A program made the translations under genes and the position numbers. The notes under the pieces are model-generated. The model was not told where the DNA came from. It worked only from the letters and a program-made list of their open reading frames with translations, and did no database searches. 64,000 bases of DNA. Origin: Candidatus Eiseniibacteriota bacterium. Lineage in GTDB: Bacteria; Omnitrophota; Gorgyraeia; 2-02-FULL-51-18. Positions 36,901-39,900 of this stretch are shown piece after piece (within the stretch, counting starts at the first letter, position 1; every line of letters starts with the position of its first letter). Location of the stretch: assembly GCA_035496715.1 (NCBI GenBank), contig DATJEK010000095.1, forward strand, positions 264 to 64,263. Direction: 5' to 3'.

Positions 36901-39900
36901 CTCGGTCGTGCGCGATTCGCCGGCGGCCGGCGCGCGGTAGCGCCGCACGAGCGCGCGGAACGCCTCACGCTCGGCCGCCTCCATCGGGCGCGAAACGTTT
37001 TCGACGTACGAGTGCTCGATCAGGGCGAAGAGGTCGTCGGTCGCGCGGCCGATGCCGCCGGTCACGATGACCGGGACTCGCGATTTCGCGGCGCGCGCTT
37101 TCCAGAGCGACGCGAAGGCCTCGAACGCGCGCAGGTCCTGCTGGCCGAGCAGCACGTAAATGTCGGGAAGCTCGCCGGCCGGAAGCGGGTGTGAAACGGA
37201 CACGGCGTCGACGTACGGCTGGATTTCGCGCGCGGCGTCGGCTCGCGCCCGGTCCAGCGAGAGCCGGGCTCCCTGCCGCAGCACGAACACGCGGCCGTTG
37301 GGATCCGGGTGGCCCGCCGGGACCGCCAGCGGCGCGTCCATGCCGGTGAAGCCGAGCTCTTCGAGGATTTTTCTGGCGATGGAATTCATCCGGGCGCCGC
37401 CGCCCGGAAGCTCGGAAGCCGCGATGCGCAGGATCACCGTCGCGCCGGGCTTCATGACGTCGCGCACGTCGGACAGCGCCCTGCGGAAATCTTCGGGGTT
37501 CATCTGGTAATTCAGGGAGCGCGATTCGTAGTACCCCAGGATCTTGTTTTCCCGGAGCGTCGGGTCCCCGGGCGCGAGGTTGGGCACGTTCCAGACGAAC
37601 ACGTCCGCGTCCGCCGCGCCGGGGAGGCTCTTCGGCGACCGCGCCTTGACGACCGTGGCCCGGCCGCGCGCGGCCGCGTCCTCGAGAAGCGCCAGGCGCG
37701 CCCGCGCGTTCATGACCTTGAGAAGGGTCAGGTCGTACGCCTCGACGTGTCCGGCCCGGGCGGCCAGAAGCGCCGTCACCTCGCCGCCGCCCGCGCCGAT
37801 TTCGACGGCCGACGCGCCGGCGGGAACGAGGTCGGCGTTGGCCGGATCGTTCAGGACGTCCAGGAGAAGCCGCGTCGACGGATCGTCGGGTCCGAACGAA
37901 CCCGGAAACGTGAAGCCGCGCTCGGGCGAACCCGCATACTGGCGGACCGTCGTCTGGCCGAAGAAGCTGTCCCCCGCGTAGGGGTCGTCCGCGATGTTGA
38001 GCGCCCCGAACGGCGGCAGCGCGCGGTGATGCTCGGCGATGAAATCCTGCAAGAGCCTCTTCACTTGGTCGTCGCGCTGGCCGTACCAGCCCATCACCGC
38101 GCGGCCCCAGTCGTCCGCGGACCGCTTGAAGAGAGCCGCCTGGTCGTTGCGAAGGAGCGGATAATACAGAGTCTTCTCTCCGGGCCGCGACCAGACCAGC
38201 GCCAGCGGCCGCTTTTCGTGGGTCAGAAGATACAGGTCCTTCTCGAGCGATCCGAAGTCGCCGCTCTGCAGCATCCGCTCGGCGGCGTCCAGATAGGGCG
38301 CGGCCAGCCTGCGGGTGTTTTCCGCGAAGAAAACGTCCGCGGCGCTCTCGAGGGTGTCGAGCGTGGGTGAAACTTTGACTTTCCCGAATCCCGCCGCGCC
38401 GCCCGCCTGCCCGGTGGGGACGGGCTCGATGACGGCCGTCGAATCGTCGATCCCGAACGCCGCGAGAAACTGCCGGACCGGCATCTCGGGCTCGATGTCC
38501 GCGAAGACCGAACGCGCCGGCGCGGCGGTCGACAGCCTCGCCCCCAGGAGCTGGTGCTGGTGAAGCAGGCGCTCGACGTCCGATTCCTTGGCCATCCAGA
38601 CGCCGCGGGTGTACCGCTTCGTCGGGCGCGGGGCGCCTTCGGACGCGCGCACGGTCAGGACGTCGCGCAGCGGAAGCTTCAGATCGCGCAGCGAGACGTC
38701 GCCGCGGCTTTCGATCATTTTCCACTGCGGCGCCTCCGTGACCGGAACGGGCTTCACCGCGATCACTCCGACGGTGCGCTCCAGAAGCGCGTGCTTCAGC
38801 CATTCGGCGCTTTCGATCGACGCGGCGATCGATTCGTCGGTGTCGGTCTCGTCGCGGAGCTTCAGGAGATACAGGCCCTTCGGCAGTCCCTGGCCGTTGT
38901 CGTCGCCGATCTTCAGCAGCATGTCGAAACGGTTGCGCGTCCCCTGGTCCGTCGGCACCTCGAAGTCGAACCCGATGACCTGCACGCCGCCCAATCCCTC
39001 TCCCATGATTTCGTAAAGCCGGGAGGCCGTCCCCATGCGCCGCGCGTACAGCGCCAGGCGCGGTTCGGTGGGGTTGGCTCCGAGGTCGCGCATCAGCCGG
39101 CCCATGCCGGAGACGTTGAAAAATTTGGCGGCCATGGCCTGCAGCGCGTGGTGCGAGGGGTCGCCGTTCCAGACCACGTTGACCCCCTTGCCGATGTCCT
39201 TGCGCACGCGCTCCGTGATGATGTCCCTCTGCTCCTGCACCGTCTCGGGCACGGGGATCGCCTGGAAAAAACCGTTCACGGGAGAGGCGGCCAGCCGCAG
39301 GTACGAATGCGACTTCTTCACTTCGGTCAGGTCGGCCAGCCGCGGAGGACGGTCGATCCAGCTCTGCACGCGTTCGGGCCGCGGCCGCGGCAGTCCGGCC
39401 GGCAGCGCGTGCTCGGTGTCGTAATTCAGCGTCGCGATGCGCACCTGCGTCCAGCCGTGGTGCGGCGTCAGGCCTTTGCGCGGGATCAGGCGCGGGCCGC
39501 CGGCGGCGAGCACGATCCCCTGGATGTTGATGAGAAGCTCTTTCCTCAGCCAGTCGGCGCTTTCGATCTGCCGGGACAGCTGCTCTTCGGCGCGGGAGAC
39601 CATCGCCGACGGGGACACCTCGAGCGCGTCCTCCTTGGCTTCCACGAAATAGAAACCGGGCGCCAGGCTGAGGCGGTTGCGGGGACCGACGCGCAGGACG
39701 ATGTCGATCTCGTTGGTCTGGCCTTTCTTCGCGGGGACTTCCAGCCCGAGCGTCACGACTTCCGCGGCCTCGGGCCCTTCGCCGAGAATGTCGAGAAGCC
39801 GCGCGGCCGAAAAAAGCTCGCCCGCGATTTCCCGGATCTCCCCCGGATTGGGGCTCGAACCGATGCGCCTCAGGATGCGCACGACGCCCGGCACGTCCTG

